A stretch of 64,000 nt of DNA, from the NCBI GenBank assembly GCA_038230375.1, contig JBBRNJ010000050.1, positions 1 to 64,000 of the forward strand, in the 5' to 3' direction. The position numbers were made by a program, and so were the translations under genes. The notes beneath the pieces are model-generated. The model ran no database searches. It had not been told where the DNA came from and saw nothing but the letters and a program-made list of their open reading frames with translations. Positions 18,361 to 27,876 of the stretch are shown piece by piece. Every line of letters starts with the position of its first letter. Position 1 is the first letter of the stretch. This DNA comes from Polyangiales bacterium (GTDB lineage Bacteria; Myxococcota_A; Polyangia; Polyangiales; Polyangiaceae).

Positions 18361-21300
18361 ATGTCTCGTACACTTTGGCGCAACGTCGCCACGCTTGGAT
18401 TCGTTTTGACGGTCGCTGCATGCAGCGGCGGTGGCTGCGGCAGCTGCGGAGCGCCCATTCCCGGCGGCTTCCCTGCCGAGAACACGGTGCCGAACTCGGC
18501 GACCGCGCGTGTCACACGCTCGGGCCTGGACTTCCTGGGCACGAACCTGCCCACGCTCGCGGGTACGGCGCTCGGCTCGGGAGTGAAGAACGGCGCGTAC
18601 GCCGTCGACTTCGGCAACATCGATCCGGCCCCGACCCAGATCGCGAGCCTCCTCGTCTGCCACATCGACCTGGATGCCAACATCTGTCCCAACGGCTCCA
18701 TGCCGAACACGACGCCGCCGCAGTGCGAGGCCAAGGTCGGCGTTCCGAACCTTGGCACGCACAAGATGAACCTCCACATCGACGCCGTGACGGCGAACGC
18801 GCTGAAGGTAAGCGGCACAGTCCCCCTCCAGCTCGATGACACCGAGATCACCGCCGCTCTCACCGGCTGCACGCTCAACGGCGGCATCACCATGCACGTC
18901 GGCTACGGCACCCCCGTTGGCAGCGGCTGCAACAACAAGTTCCCCACCGTCACTCCGTACGATCTGCCCATCAGCATCACGATCCCGCTCGTCTCGGAGA
19001 CCATCGCGCCGCGCCAGGGCTACACGAAGATCGACGTCACCAACGCCGTCATCGACCTCTCGGGGATCCAGCAGAACCAGGTGCAGATCTGCGCCGACTG
19101 CGGCTTCTTCGACACCGCGTGCGACATTGCGTTCGGCGGCAGCTGCTGCGACGCGGTCACGAACTCCAGCTTCGTCAAGAACCTGGTCGTCGGCCAGCTG
19201 ACCTCGGCGCTCCAGAACGCGATCAAGCCGCTGCTGCAGAAGCAGCTCTGTCAGAAGCCCGACCCCACGCAGACCCCCACGTGCCCGCTGGACACGCAGG
19301 AGAGCGCGGACAAGAGCTCCTGCGTCTTCACGTCGAAGCCCACCGAGTGCGTGACATCGATCCTAGGTGTGCAGTCGCACGCGGAGCTCGGAAGCCTGCT
19401 CGCGTCGATCTCCCCCGGCTCCACCGGCGGCGTGGATTTCGTGCTCGCAGCGGGCGGCGCCATGACGCCCTACCCCAAGGCCGCAGCGGACAACAAGGGC
19501 TACCCGGGCCACACGCCCAACGGCGCCACGGTCGGCTTCATTGGCGGCGCGCGCCCGGCTCCGCAGTCTGCGTGCATCCCGCGCGCGGTCATCGACATCC
19601 CCACGAACATCCCGACGCCGAAGCTCCTCCAGGCCGACGTCGTCCCCGGCTGGCCGATGGGCGCCCCCGGCCCAGACCTCGACATCGCGCTCGCGGGTCG
19701 CTTCCTCAACTACACGCTCGGCAACATGTACAACTCGGGCGTCCTCTGCCTGGGCGTCACCACCGAGCAGTTCGCGCAGCTGAACAGCGGCCTCGTCAGC
19801 GTCCTGATCCCGTCGATCAAGAAGCTCACGTTCGAGCAGAAGGCCGCCGGCGTCGCCATCACCACACGCCCGCAAGCCCCGCCCACGCTGAAGCTCGGCA
19901 CCGGCAAGGACATCAAGACAGATCCGCTCATCACGGTGAGCATCCCCAAGTTCGCGATCGACTTCTACGTCTGGAGCGACGATCGCTACGTCCGCGCCTT
20001 CACGTACGAGGCGGACATCACGTTGCCGCTGAATCTCCAGACCGCGAAGGATCCCAAGACGAACCCGAACGGCGGCCTCTTGCCGGTGCTCGGCGCGCTC
20101 ACCATCGCGAACGGCGCCGTCACCAACAACGACCTCCTGTCCGACAACCCGACTGCCGTCGCGGGAGCGCTCACCTCGATCATCTCCGGCCTTGCCGGTC
20201 AGCTGCTCGGCGGCGGCTTCAAGCCGATCGACATCAGCACGCTCGGCGGATCGCTCGGCGTCGGCCTGGACATCCCGTCGAACGGCATCCAGAAGATCAC
20301 CGAAGGCACGGACGACTTCCTCACCATCTTCGCGAACATGAAGCAGGCCAAGATGGCCGGCCTCCGCGAGACGAACACGAGCCTCGCGATCGTCTCGAAG
20401 ACGGTCGACCCGATCGCGCTCACCACGATCGGCTACGACCGGTCCAAGCTGCCCACGCTCACCGTGGAGTTCGCCTCCCCCGAGGAGAGCGCCACCACCA
20501 AGGTGGAGTATGCGTGGGCCATCGACGAGAGCTTCCCGAGCGCATGGTCGCCCGACAAGCACGTCGTCATTCACGACGACTACCTCTTCTACCAGGGCAA
20601 GCACACCCTCCGCGGCTGGTCGCGCATGGTGGGAGACACGGAGAGCCAGGACGGGACGCCGGCAGAAGTGCCGTTCGTGATCGATACGCTCGCACCGGAG
20701 ATCCAGGTCACGCCCGTCACCGCGAGCCGCTTCAAGGTCGACGCGTTCGACTACGTGAGCGACAAGGCGCACCTCACCATGCGCTACCGCGCCGCCTCCA
20801 ACGGAACGCAGCACGACTACAGCGCGTGGACTTCCGTCGACGCGTCCAGGGAGCTCGACATCCCCGGTGGGCAGAGCGAGATCGACGTCCAGGTCAGCGA
20901 CGAAGAGGGCAACATCGGCACCATCTCGCTCGACCTCGTGCGTGGTCGTAGCGATGCGTCTCTCGCCGCCGCCAGCTCCGGCTGCGGTTGCTCCACGCCT
21001 GGCTCGCCGGTCACCTCGGGCACCGGGTTCCTCTCCGGGCTCGCAGCGCTCTCCGGTCTGCTCTTCATCGCGCTCCGCCGCCGCACATCACGCGGTTCCG
21101 ATGCATCGGCCACACCCAGCGGTTCGCGTCGCGTGCGTCGCACCACGCCATGGGCGCTCGCTGGCATCGGCACCATCGCAGCCGTTGCGTCCACGACGCA
21201 GGGCTGCGCATGCGGCGACAGCAGCGGCAACGGCGGCACGGGCTGCGGCGCAGACTGCAACCAGGAATGCGGCGGCGCGCTGCCGCTCGGGCTCGCGGGC

Positions 21301-22677
21301 TCGTATCTCTCCGTCGCCAAGGCGAAGGACAACACGGTCTGGGTCGCGGGCTACAACGAGGCCTCGCTCTCCGACGGCGTGAACGCACTCTACGGCGATC
21401 TCGTCGTGGGCAAGTACGACGCCGCGAAGCAGTCCGTCATGTGGCAGTCCGTCGACGGTCTTCCGGCGGCTCGCACGGATGGCACCTGCCCCGACAACGA
21501 TCCCTCCGGTTGGCGCGCGGGCGAGACGGAGGCTGGCGCGGACGTCGGTCTCTGGACCAGCATCCAGCTCACGGACACCGGCAACCCGATGGTGAGCTAC
21601 TACGACGCCACGCACGGCGCGCTGAAGTTCGCCTTCTACGACGGCAAGGGCTGGACGACGTACCCCGTCCGTCAGGCCGCCGGCGCCGACAGCGGCCGGT
21701 ACTCGAAGATGATCCTCGTGGACGGCAAGCCCGTGATCGCGTTCCTCACCATGGAGCCTGGCACCGGCGGATCGTTGCGCTCGCGCGTCACCATCGCGCA
21801 CGCGAACGATCCTACGCCGAAGGATCCGAGCGGCTGGACGTTCGACGACGCCGTCGTCGACGACAACGAGCCCTGCACCGGCACCACGTGCGGCGGCGGC
21901 CAGGTCTGCGTGAAGAGCAGCGGCAAGTGTCAGCCGACCGCCACGGGGTGTACCCCGGCGGACTGCGGCGCGGGCAATGCCTGCGTGACGCTGACCAACG
22001 CTGCCACATGCTCGGCCACGCTGACCAAGGACGCCATCGTCACCTACCCCAACGCGTTCGGCGACTACATTGCGTTCCAGCCAGCGCCGAACAACGGCCT
22101 GGCGTTGGTCGTGTACGACCGCATCCATGGCAACCTGGTCGGCCTGGACCACTCGAGCGGCGGCTGGAAGCAGGTCATCCTGGACGGAGAGACGGGTGAC
22201 CGCTCCAAGAAGACCGCGAAGGACACCGGCGACACCGGCGCGGGCGCATCACTGTTCGTCACCGCTGACGGCACGTGGCACGTGAGCTATGTGGACGGTC
22301 TCACCGAGACGGTCCGCTACGTCACCTACAAGGGAGGCAAGCCCGGAACGCCAGAGATCGTCGCTGATGGCTACGGCGTCGACGGCACCCCGTTTGCGGA
22401 CGGCAAGCACCTTCTCGGCGACGACTCGAACGTCAGCGTCGACAGCAGCGGCACCGTCAGCATCCTCTACCAGGACTCCACGGTCGGGAAGCTGCAGCGC
22501 GCCACCGGCATCGTGAGCGGCGGCACGCACAAGTGGGCCACCCACAAGATCGACCAACCGGGTCGCTTTGCTGGCTTCTTCCCCGCTCCCGTCGATCAGC
22601 AGATCGCGAACTACTGGCGAACCGTCGACCACGTCTCGAAGGACGAGCACGGCGACGTCAGCTTCATCACGCCCTGA
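18361..22677 (+). CDS. Large lipoprotein with BPI/LBP-like region, internal MYXO-CTERM and a second secreted (beta-propeller-like) module
   Basis: GGAGGA RBS, lipobox VAAC. Internal SSGCGC-TM-RRR at about aa 872-908, a second hydrophobic segment ending QGCAC at about aa 949, then repeated S+...G..VSYYD/+VYD blades. Confidence 0.88.
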   Translation: MSRTLWRNVATLGFVLTVAACSGGGCGSCGAPIPGGFPAENTVPNSATARVTRSGLDFLGTNLPTLAGTALGSGVKNGAYAVDFGNIDPAPTQIASLLVCHIDLDANICPNGSMPNTTPPQCEAKVGVPNLGTHKMNLHIDAVTANALKVSGTVPLQLDDTEITAALTGCTLNGGITMHVGYGTPVGSGCNNKFPTVTPYDLPISITIPLVSETIAPRQGYTKIDVTNAVIDLSGIQQNQVQICADCGFFDTACDIAFGGSCCDAVTNSSFVKNLVVGQLTSALQNAIKPLLQKQLCQKPDPTQTPTCPLDTQESADKSSCVFTSKPTECVTSILGVQSHAELGSLLASISPGSTGGVDFVLAAGGAMTPYPKAAADNKGYPGHTPNGATVGFIGGARPAPQSACIPRAVIDIPTNIPTPKLLQADVVPGWPMGAPGPDLDIALAGRFLNYTLGNMYNSGVLCLGVTTEQFAQLNSGLVSVLIPSIKKLTFEQKAAGVAITTRPQAPPTLKLGTGKDIKTDPLITVSIPKFAIDFYVWSDDRYVRAFTYEADITLPLNLQTAKDPKTNPNGGLLPVLGALTIANGAVTNNDLLSDNPTAVAGALTSIISGLAGQLLGGGFKPIDISTLGGSLGVGLDIPSNGIQKITEGTDDFLTIFANMKQAKMAGLRETNTSLAIVSKTVDPIALTTIGYDRSKLPTLTVEFASPEESATTKVEYAWAIDESFPSAWSPDKHVVIHDDYLFYQGKHTLRGWSRMVGDTESQDGTPAEVPFVIDTLAPEIQVTPVTASRFKVDAFDYVSDKAHLTMRYRAASNGTQHDYSAWTSVDASRELDIPGGQSEIDVQVSDEEGNIGTISLDLVRGRSDASLAAASSGCGCSTPGSPVTSGTGFLSGLAALSGLLFIALRRRTSRGSDASATPSGSRRVRRTTPWALAGIGTIAAVASTTQGCACGDSSGNGGTGCGADCNQECGGALPLGLAGSYLSVAKAKDNTVWVAGYNEASLSDGVNALYGDLVVGKYDAAKQSVMWQSVDGLPAARTDGTCPDNDPSGWRAGETEAGADVGLWTSIQLTDTGNPMVSYYDATHGALKFAFYDGKGWTTYPVRQAAGADSGRYSKMILVDGKPVIAFLTMEPGTGGSLRSRVTIAHANDPTPKDPSGWTFDDAVVDDNEPCTGTTCGGGQVCVKSSGKCQPTATGCTPADCGAGNACVTLTNAATCSATLTKDAIVTYPNAFGDYIAFQPAPNNGLALVVYDRIHGNLVGLDHSSGGWKQVILDGETGDRSKKTAKDTGDTGAGASLFVTADGTWHVSYVDGLTETVRYVTYKGGKPGTPEIVADGYGVDGTPFADGKHLLGDDSNVSVDSSGTVSILYQDSTVGKLQRATGIVSGGTHKWATHKIDQPGRFAGFFPAPVDQQIANYWRTVDHVSKDEHGDVSFITP

Positions 22678-22705
22678 GCCCTGAGGCCTGAGGCCTGAGG
22701 TCAGG
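22673..22705. repeat. Heptamer tandem repeat (CCTGAGG)n between convergent stops
   Basis: CCTGAGC-CCTGAGG-CCTGAGG-CCTGAGG-TCAGG. Confidence 0.85.
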
Positions 22706-22964
22706 CCGCGCTGGACGCGGACTCTTCGTTCGCGAGATCCATGACGCGCATCGCGGGGCCCGAGACTTTCTCACGCTCCGAGGCGACCAGCTCCAGGAGC
22801 TCCGCCTTCGTGACGGTGCCCGTCTCCAGGAGGGCACGCATGAACCCGTCGACGTAGCCGTGCGCGCGGGCCAGGCGGCCATACTGCTCGCCAGCGGCCT
22901 TCGCCACGAACACGTCGGTCAACATCACGCGGAGGTCCGCCAGCATCTCGGCCTTGGTTCGCAT
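22701..22964 (-). CDS. Small hypothetical protein
   Basis: 87-aa helical ORF with typical codon usage (RLARAHGYVDGFMRALLE). Confidence 0.75.
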   Translation of the reverse strand: MRTKAEMLADLRVMLTDVFVAKAAGEQYGRLARAHGYVDGFMRALLETGTVTKAELLELVASEREKVSGPAMRVMDLANEESASSAA

Positions 22965-23102
22965 CGCTCAAACCTTTCTTGCCCGGACCACGCGCCGAGC
23001 CATGCCCACCTCGTGTATCGGACCGCTCGAACGGGGGCCAAGTTTGTGCACGCACGAATGACTTTCGCTTTCTCGGGCGTTCAGCTATTCGGAGACCCGC
23101 CC

Positions 23103-24305
23103 ATGGCAGAATCCTCGAGCTTCCCGACGGTCGAGAGCGCGCCCCAGAAGGCGCACGAAAAGGCCCGCGCGGCGTTCGATGCGCTCGCTTCACTCGACAA
23201 GCTGTCGGCGCTGGTCGGGATCGCCCAGAAGATCGTGGGCGGCGCAGCGGAGGCTCGCCGGATCGACGTCCCGAACCCCGAGAAGACGAAGGAGCTCGCT
23301 GCCGAAGCGAAGCTCGAGCCAGACGACGCGAAGACGGACTTCGGCAACGCGCTCCTCATCCTGGAACGCGGCCCGGAAGACCAGAGCGAGCGAGCGCTCG
23401 CATGCGCCCTGTACGCGCACGTCCTCGCAGAGTCCAAGCTCTCGTCTGCGGCAGAAGAAGATCGCGCCGCGAGCGACATGCTCTGGCTTGCCGCCCACAC
23501 CGCGTTCGACGCCACCGCGCTCGTCGACCGCGCGCTTGGTGACGGCACTGGTGAGTTCCTCACCGCGGTGCATGCCCGGGCAGAACGCGCTCTGTCGCGG
23601 CCTCAGGATGGCCTCGCGGAGCCGCTCGCCGCCGTCGTCACGCTCGTGGCGTCCACGCACGAGAGCGCGCGCGCCCTGCTCGACAAGTTGCGTGCACAGT
23701 GCACACATCCCGGGCTCAAGGCGATCCTCGCCAAAGAGGAGCCCCGCACCGAGACCGCCCGCCTTGAGGGCGAGATCACCGCCGCCCCGCGTGGCCCCGT
23801 CCTCACCACCATCCTCGCGCTCACGGGGATCCTCCTCGTGATGCAGGTCGCGCGCGGCTTCGCGAAGCTCGCGCTCGCCTACAAGCGTCCCGCAGAAGCG
23901 ACGTTCTCTGGCGGCATCATCCGCATCAAAGAAAAGACCGAGCTCCTGGGCCGCACTCTGCGCGAGCGCGAGTACGTGATCACGCAGAAGACCCTCAAGC
24001 GCGCAGTGCGCGAGGTCCGCTACCCTCGCCTCTCGTTCTACACGGGCCTCGTGGCGCTCGCGCTGGGCAGCTTCTTTGGGGTGTCGCTCTTCGTGGACGG
24101 TGCGCGCTCCGCGTCGCCCTCGTTGCTGGGCACCGGCCTTCTGATCGTCCTTCTTGGCATCGGCCTCGAGTACGTGCTCGGCACCCTGGTGCCTGGCCAG
24201 CGCAAGCGTTGTCGCGTCGCGTTCGAGCCCATGCGCGGTCCAGGCGTGTGCATCGGCGACGTCGACATCGCGCGCGCAGATCAGGCACTCGCGCTGATCA
24301 AGTAG
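23103..24305 (+). CDS. Hypothetical membrane protein
   Basis: GGAG RBS, helical N-terminal domain, three hydrophobic segments in the C-terminal half. Confidence 0.8.
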   Translation: MAESSSFPTVESAPQKAHEKARAAFDALASLDKLSALVGIAQKIVGGAAEARRIDVPNPEKTKELAAEAKLEPDDAKTDFGNALLILERGPEDQSERALACALYAHVLAESKLSSAAEEDRAASDMLWLAAHTAFDATALVDRALGDGTGEFLTAVHARAERALSRPQDGLAEPLAAVVTLVASTHESARALLDKLRAQCTHPGLKAILAKEEPRTETARLEGEITAAPRGPVLTTILALTGILLVMQVARGFAKLALAYKRPAEATFSGGIIRIKEKTELLGRTLREREYVITQKTLKRAVREVRYPRLSFYTGLVALALGSFFGVSLFVDGARSASPSLLGTGLLIVLLGIGLEYVLGTLVPGQRKRCRVAFEPMRGPGVCIGDVDIARADQALALIK

Positions 24306-24317
24306 GACTGGCGAAGG

Positions 24318-25976
24318 CTACCGCACGAACGTCTGCGTCATCACCACGGCGTTTGCCTTGCCCACGGCCACCGTTGCTTCGAACGAGAGCGTGCGGCGCT
24401 TCTCGGCGCAGCCCACGACGACCGCGCTCGCCTCGCCCTCGGAGCGATCGAGCTCGGTCCCGTCCTGCGCGTCCGTCAGGTGGAGCTCCACGCCGAACGC
24501 GTCGCCGTGAATGCCCGCCGCGACGCGCGCGCACTCGCCAGGATTCAGCGGCAACTCGAAGCGGCTCACCTTGGCGGCGGCGAGCGGCAGCGCCCGCACC
24601 TGGAGCTGGGACGCGTTCGCCTCCAGACCGTGCGCCATGCGTCCGAGCGCGCGCGCGGCAGCCACTGGCTCCTGCGAGAGCTCCGCGGCGTCCGTCCTCT
24701 CCTTGCGCACCAGCACGATGTACGGACCTCCGGTGCCACGCGCCTCGAGCCAGAGATCCGTGTTCTTGTTGCCGCACGTGAACGTGGTCACGCCCTCCGA
24801 GCCACCGGCCTGACCCAGAACGGCGCCCTGCCCGTCCGTGAGCGTGGCGTCCACGAGCGAGAGCGGCGCACCGAAGACAACGTCGATTCGCGAGCAGCCC
24901 GCCTCTGTCAGCACGAGAGGTACCCGCGCACGCTGGCCCGTCCTGAGCACCCCGGCGAGCTCCTTGGGCGCAGGCGTGTATCCTGCACGTTTCAGGAGCT
25001 CGTTCTTCTGGGACTTCGCCTTGTCGACGCTGAGGTTGTTCTTCTGCCAGAGCGGCTCGCCCTTGACGACCTCGCCCTTCGCGCGGAAGAGCACCACGGC
25101 GGCGAGTCCGCGACCCACGTGCGGGCGCAATGACAATGACAGCGGCAGCGCGAACGGCGAGCACACCGTCAGCGAGCGCTGGCTCTCCGTGGACTCTGGC
25201 GCGCGCGCGACGATGCGACCGGCATCGTCCATGGCCTCCACGTCCACCAGCGCGACGTCGTCGTCGGGAACGACGAGCGCATCGACGCAGCCGTCAGACT
25301 CCTCCGGAAGCGCGACGCGTGAGGGGGCGTTCGCGTCCAGGGGAACGGCCACGCGGCGCACCTCTTCGAATGCGTTCGACACGAGGGCGCGATGCGCCCG
25401 CACGCGATCGTCCAGACCCGGCCATGCCTCGGGCCGCCGCGGTGCGCCCCCGAGCACGCCGCGCGCGCCCGTTCCTCGCGCCACGAACGCCGCGCGCTCC
25501 TTCGGGACGATCTGCGCCCCGAGCGCAGCAAACCCCTCGCCCTGCGCCACGTGAATGGACAGGTAGAGGCGTCGCGGATGCGGCGGGCAGAGGAGCAGCG
25601 TGGGTCGTGGGTCCGGGCCTTCGTCCACGGCGATCGGATTTCCGTCGTCGGAGAATGCGGCCGCGTCCAGATCGTCCACGGATGCAGACGCTCGCGCGTA
25701 GAAGAGCACGCACGAGTCGGGGTCGGCGTCGACGAATGCGCCCATGCGTCCGCCTTCCTCCACCTGCCCACTGGCGACCACGGCGAGCGGTCCAGCGCCG
25801 AGCGCTCGCGCACGCGCAGGCAGATCTCCGAGCCACTTTGCTGCATCGGGCGAGCCCTGGCTCACCGGAGGCGCAGTCACCTTGGGGGGCGACGACGCCT
25901 CGCGCGGGACACATGCGACGGGGGATAGGGCGATCCCGACGATTCCGACGAGCCCGAGCAGGCGCTGCAGGTTCAA
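24318..25976 (-). CDS. Lipoprotein with four repeats of a two-Cys beta-sandwich-like domain
   Basis: TTG start with upstream AAGGAG, lipobox PVAC, repeated C..(D/V)D...D..G..+...C units. Confidence 0.8.
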   Translation of the reverse strand: MNLQRLLGLVGIVGIALSPVACVPREASSPPKVTAPPVSQGSPDAAKWLGDLPARARALGAGPLAVVASGQVEEGGRMGAFVDADPDSCVLFYARASASVDDLDAAAFSDDGNPIAVDEGPDPRPTLLLCPPHPRRLYLSIHVAQGEGFAALGAQIVPKERAAFVARGTGARGVLGGAPRRPEAWPGLDDRVRAHRALVSNAFEEVRRVAVPLDANAPSRVALPEESDGCVDALVVPDDDVALVDVEAMDDAGRIVARAPESTESQRSLTVCSPFALPLSLSLRPHVGRGLAAVVLFRAKGEVVKGEPLWQKNNLSVDKAKSQKNELLKRAGYTPAPKELAGVLRTGQRARVPLVLTEAGCSRIDVVFGAPLSLVDATLTDGQGAVLGQAGGSEGVTTFTCGNKNTDLWLEARGTGGPYIVLVRKERTDAAELSQEPVAAARALGRMAHGLEANASQLQVRALPLAAAKVSRFELPLNPGECARVAAGIHGDAFGVELHLTDAQDGTELDRSEGEASAVVVGCAEKRRTLSFEATVAVGKANAVVMTQTFVR

Positions 25977-27253
25977 GGAACGCTCCTTCTCACGAGCACG
26001 CGGAAGAGCGCGAGCCCCCACATCACTCCGGCGCCGCGGGCGTCGATTCCGACACGGACGGTACGCTCGGTGGTCGTGCAGAACGCGACGGCGCCGCTCT
26101 CGTCTCCGGGCGCACGCTCGTCGCTCGACTCGGCGCGACCGACCGTCGCACGCAGTCCCAGGCCGCGTGGATGGCCGTTCGTCACTGCAGCCACCGTCAC
26201 GTAGCAAGATGCCGGCAGCACCGGAATGGTGAGCGCAGTCTCGCCGGACGCCCCCTGTGCAAGGTAGACCGCGCGCTCGGTAGGTGCCGGCAAATGGCGC
26301 GTGCGCAGCGCCGAGGCCATGCGTGCCCTGGACTTTGCGCCCCAGGCCATCGGAAGCGAAGTGGCGAGCGGCCACACCGCATGCGACACGGTGACCTTCC
26401 CGCGCGGAGTAGCACCGACGTACTGCACCTGGCCTTTGGTGTTCTCGCCCACGCAGACGAAGAGGTGTGCGTCCGCGGCCTCGCTCCGGTCGCGCGCCAG
26501 GACTGTACCGTCCTCCTCGCGGACCTCGGCGTCCAGGTCGAGCCTGCGCGTGCGTTTCCCCGTCTCGGCGAAGACGTCGAATGCGTGACAGGCCGGCGTG
26601 AGGGACACGTCGATGCCGCCGGTGCCGTCCGCCTCCGCGTCCCCTTGCTGGTGTTCCAGGATGTCCGCGCTCTCCGCAGTGGCCCGCGCGTCGGCCCTTC
26701 GTGCGCGCTCCTCGGCGGCGGGAAGTGGAGGTGCCGGCCCCGTGTCGGGCAGCGACACCGCCGACCCGCCGGTTCGCTCGAGGAGCACGCTCTGGAGCGG
26801 CGGCGGCGATGCCGGCCCGAAGCCGATCACGATCTCTACGGTGCCCCTGCCGGCATCGTTCGTGAGCAGGATTCGCGTCGTCGCCTTGCCGCAGCGCGAG
26901 AGCGTGAGCACGCCGGCAACGCTCGACGCCCGCGCGTCCGTGCCGTCATCCGCAGGATCCTGCTCGCCGCCCAGCGCCTTCACGTGGAAGCTCATGCCGC
27001 GCGCACCGATGATGCCGATGGTGACGCACGCGGCACCAGCCTGGTCCGGGAGGCGCAGCTTCACGCTCTCGTCGTCGAACAGGAAACGCGGCGGCAGCGA
27101 CTGCACGCGAGCCTGCGCGCCCTTCCACTCGGCCTCGACGCGACCCGCGAGATCGTGGATGTCCGCGCGCGCCGCCGGCACCCATGACGTCACCGCGACG
27201 CACATGCATGCGCGCACAAACGTCTTGCGCATGTCTGGGGTGGTCCGGGCCAT
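25973..27253 (-). CDS. Secreted protein with three related two-Cys repeats
   Basis: Signal peptide (..AARA), DLDAEVREEDGTVLARD unit; overlaps the downstream gene by 4 nt. Confidence 0.8.
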   Translation of the reverse strand: MARTTPDMRKTFVRACMCVAVTSWVPAARADIHDLAGRVEAEWKGAQARVQSLPPRFLFDDESVKLRLPDQAGAACVTIGIIGARGMSFHVKALGGEQDPADDGTDARASSVAGVLTLSRCGKATTRILLTNDAGRGTVEIVIGFGPASPPPLQSVLLERTGGSAVSLPDTGPAPPLPAAEERARRADARATAESADILEHQQGDAEADGTGGIDVSLTPACHAFDVFAETGKRTRRLDLDAEVREEDGTVLARDRSEAADAHLFVCVGENTKGQVQYVGATPRGKVTVSHAVWPLATSLPMAWGAKSRARMASALRTRHLPAPTERAVYLAQGASGETALTIPVLPASCYVTVAAVTNGHPRGLGLRATVGRAESSDERAPGDESGAVAFCTTTERTVRVGIDARGAGVMWGLALFRVLVRRSVP

Positions 27254-27328
27254 TCGACGACTCTACGAAGTTTTTCGCAAAAACGCGCCTATTTCGGGTG
27301 AGGCGGCATCAGTCCGCGTCAGTGCGCG

Positions 27329-27871
27329 TCACTCCAAAAGCCCCAGCGGCGACTCCACGAAGCTCCGCTTTGCCTCATCCCAGATGAAGAGCTTGTGATC
27401 GTCCACGACGCCGGCGCGAATGCTGGTCACCAGGTAGGCCAGGTCGTACGCAGGTGTGTCGCCGCCCATCTTCGCCGCAGCCGCGTCGGTCTCCGAGAAG
27501 TAGGAGCCCACGTCGAGATGCGAGTGATAGAGCACCTTCACGGGCAGGCCGTTCGTCTTGCCCTCGCGCACGCGCCGCTCGAACTTGAGCGGATCCAGGT
27601 CGAAGTACATGCGACCCGTGCGCGGATACGTCTCGGGGTCCAGCTTGTGGAGCTTGTTCGCGCGGTTCTCCATGGGAATGATCTCCGAAAGGAGCAGCGG
27701 CTCCTCGCTCGGGCCCACGAGCGCGCCGCACGCCTCCTCGTCGCGGCCGTAGGCGGCCTTCGCCTCTTCCTCCACGCGCGCCAGCAATGCGCGCGGGATG
27801 CGCAGGTCTCCCATGACCCACGCAGGCTTCTTGTCGTGGCTCTTGTCTTCGGGGTTCTCGTTGTCGGTCAT
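27329..27871 (-). CDS. JAB/MPN (Mov34) metallopeptidase, Mec-like sulfur-carrier hydrolase
   Basis: EACG and YHSH.....YFSETD JAMM motif; downstream of cysteine synthase and a MoaD-like gene. Confidence 0.9.
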   Translation of the reverse strand: MTDNENPEDKSHDKKPAWVMGDLRIPRALLARVEEEAKAAYGRDEEACGALVGPSEEPLLLSEIIPMENRANKLHKLDPETYPRTGRMYFDLDPLKFERRVREGKTNGLPVKVLYHSHLDVGSYFSETDAAAAKMGGDTPAYDLAYLVTSIRAGVVDDHKLFIWDEAKRSFVESPLGLLE

Positions 27872-27876
27872 GGCGT

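Noticed and set aside
19119..20951. 610-aa same-strand alternative-frame ORF inside the large lipoprotein gene
   Set aside because: Arg/His/Pro-rich frameshifted shadow of GC3-biased codons, with no motifs.
23036..23049. Sigma-54 promoter (GG-N10-GC) upstream of the 23103 gene
   Set aside because: Only the minimal dinucleotides match, not TGGCAC/TTGC, which is too common at this GC content to call.
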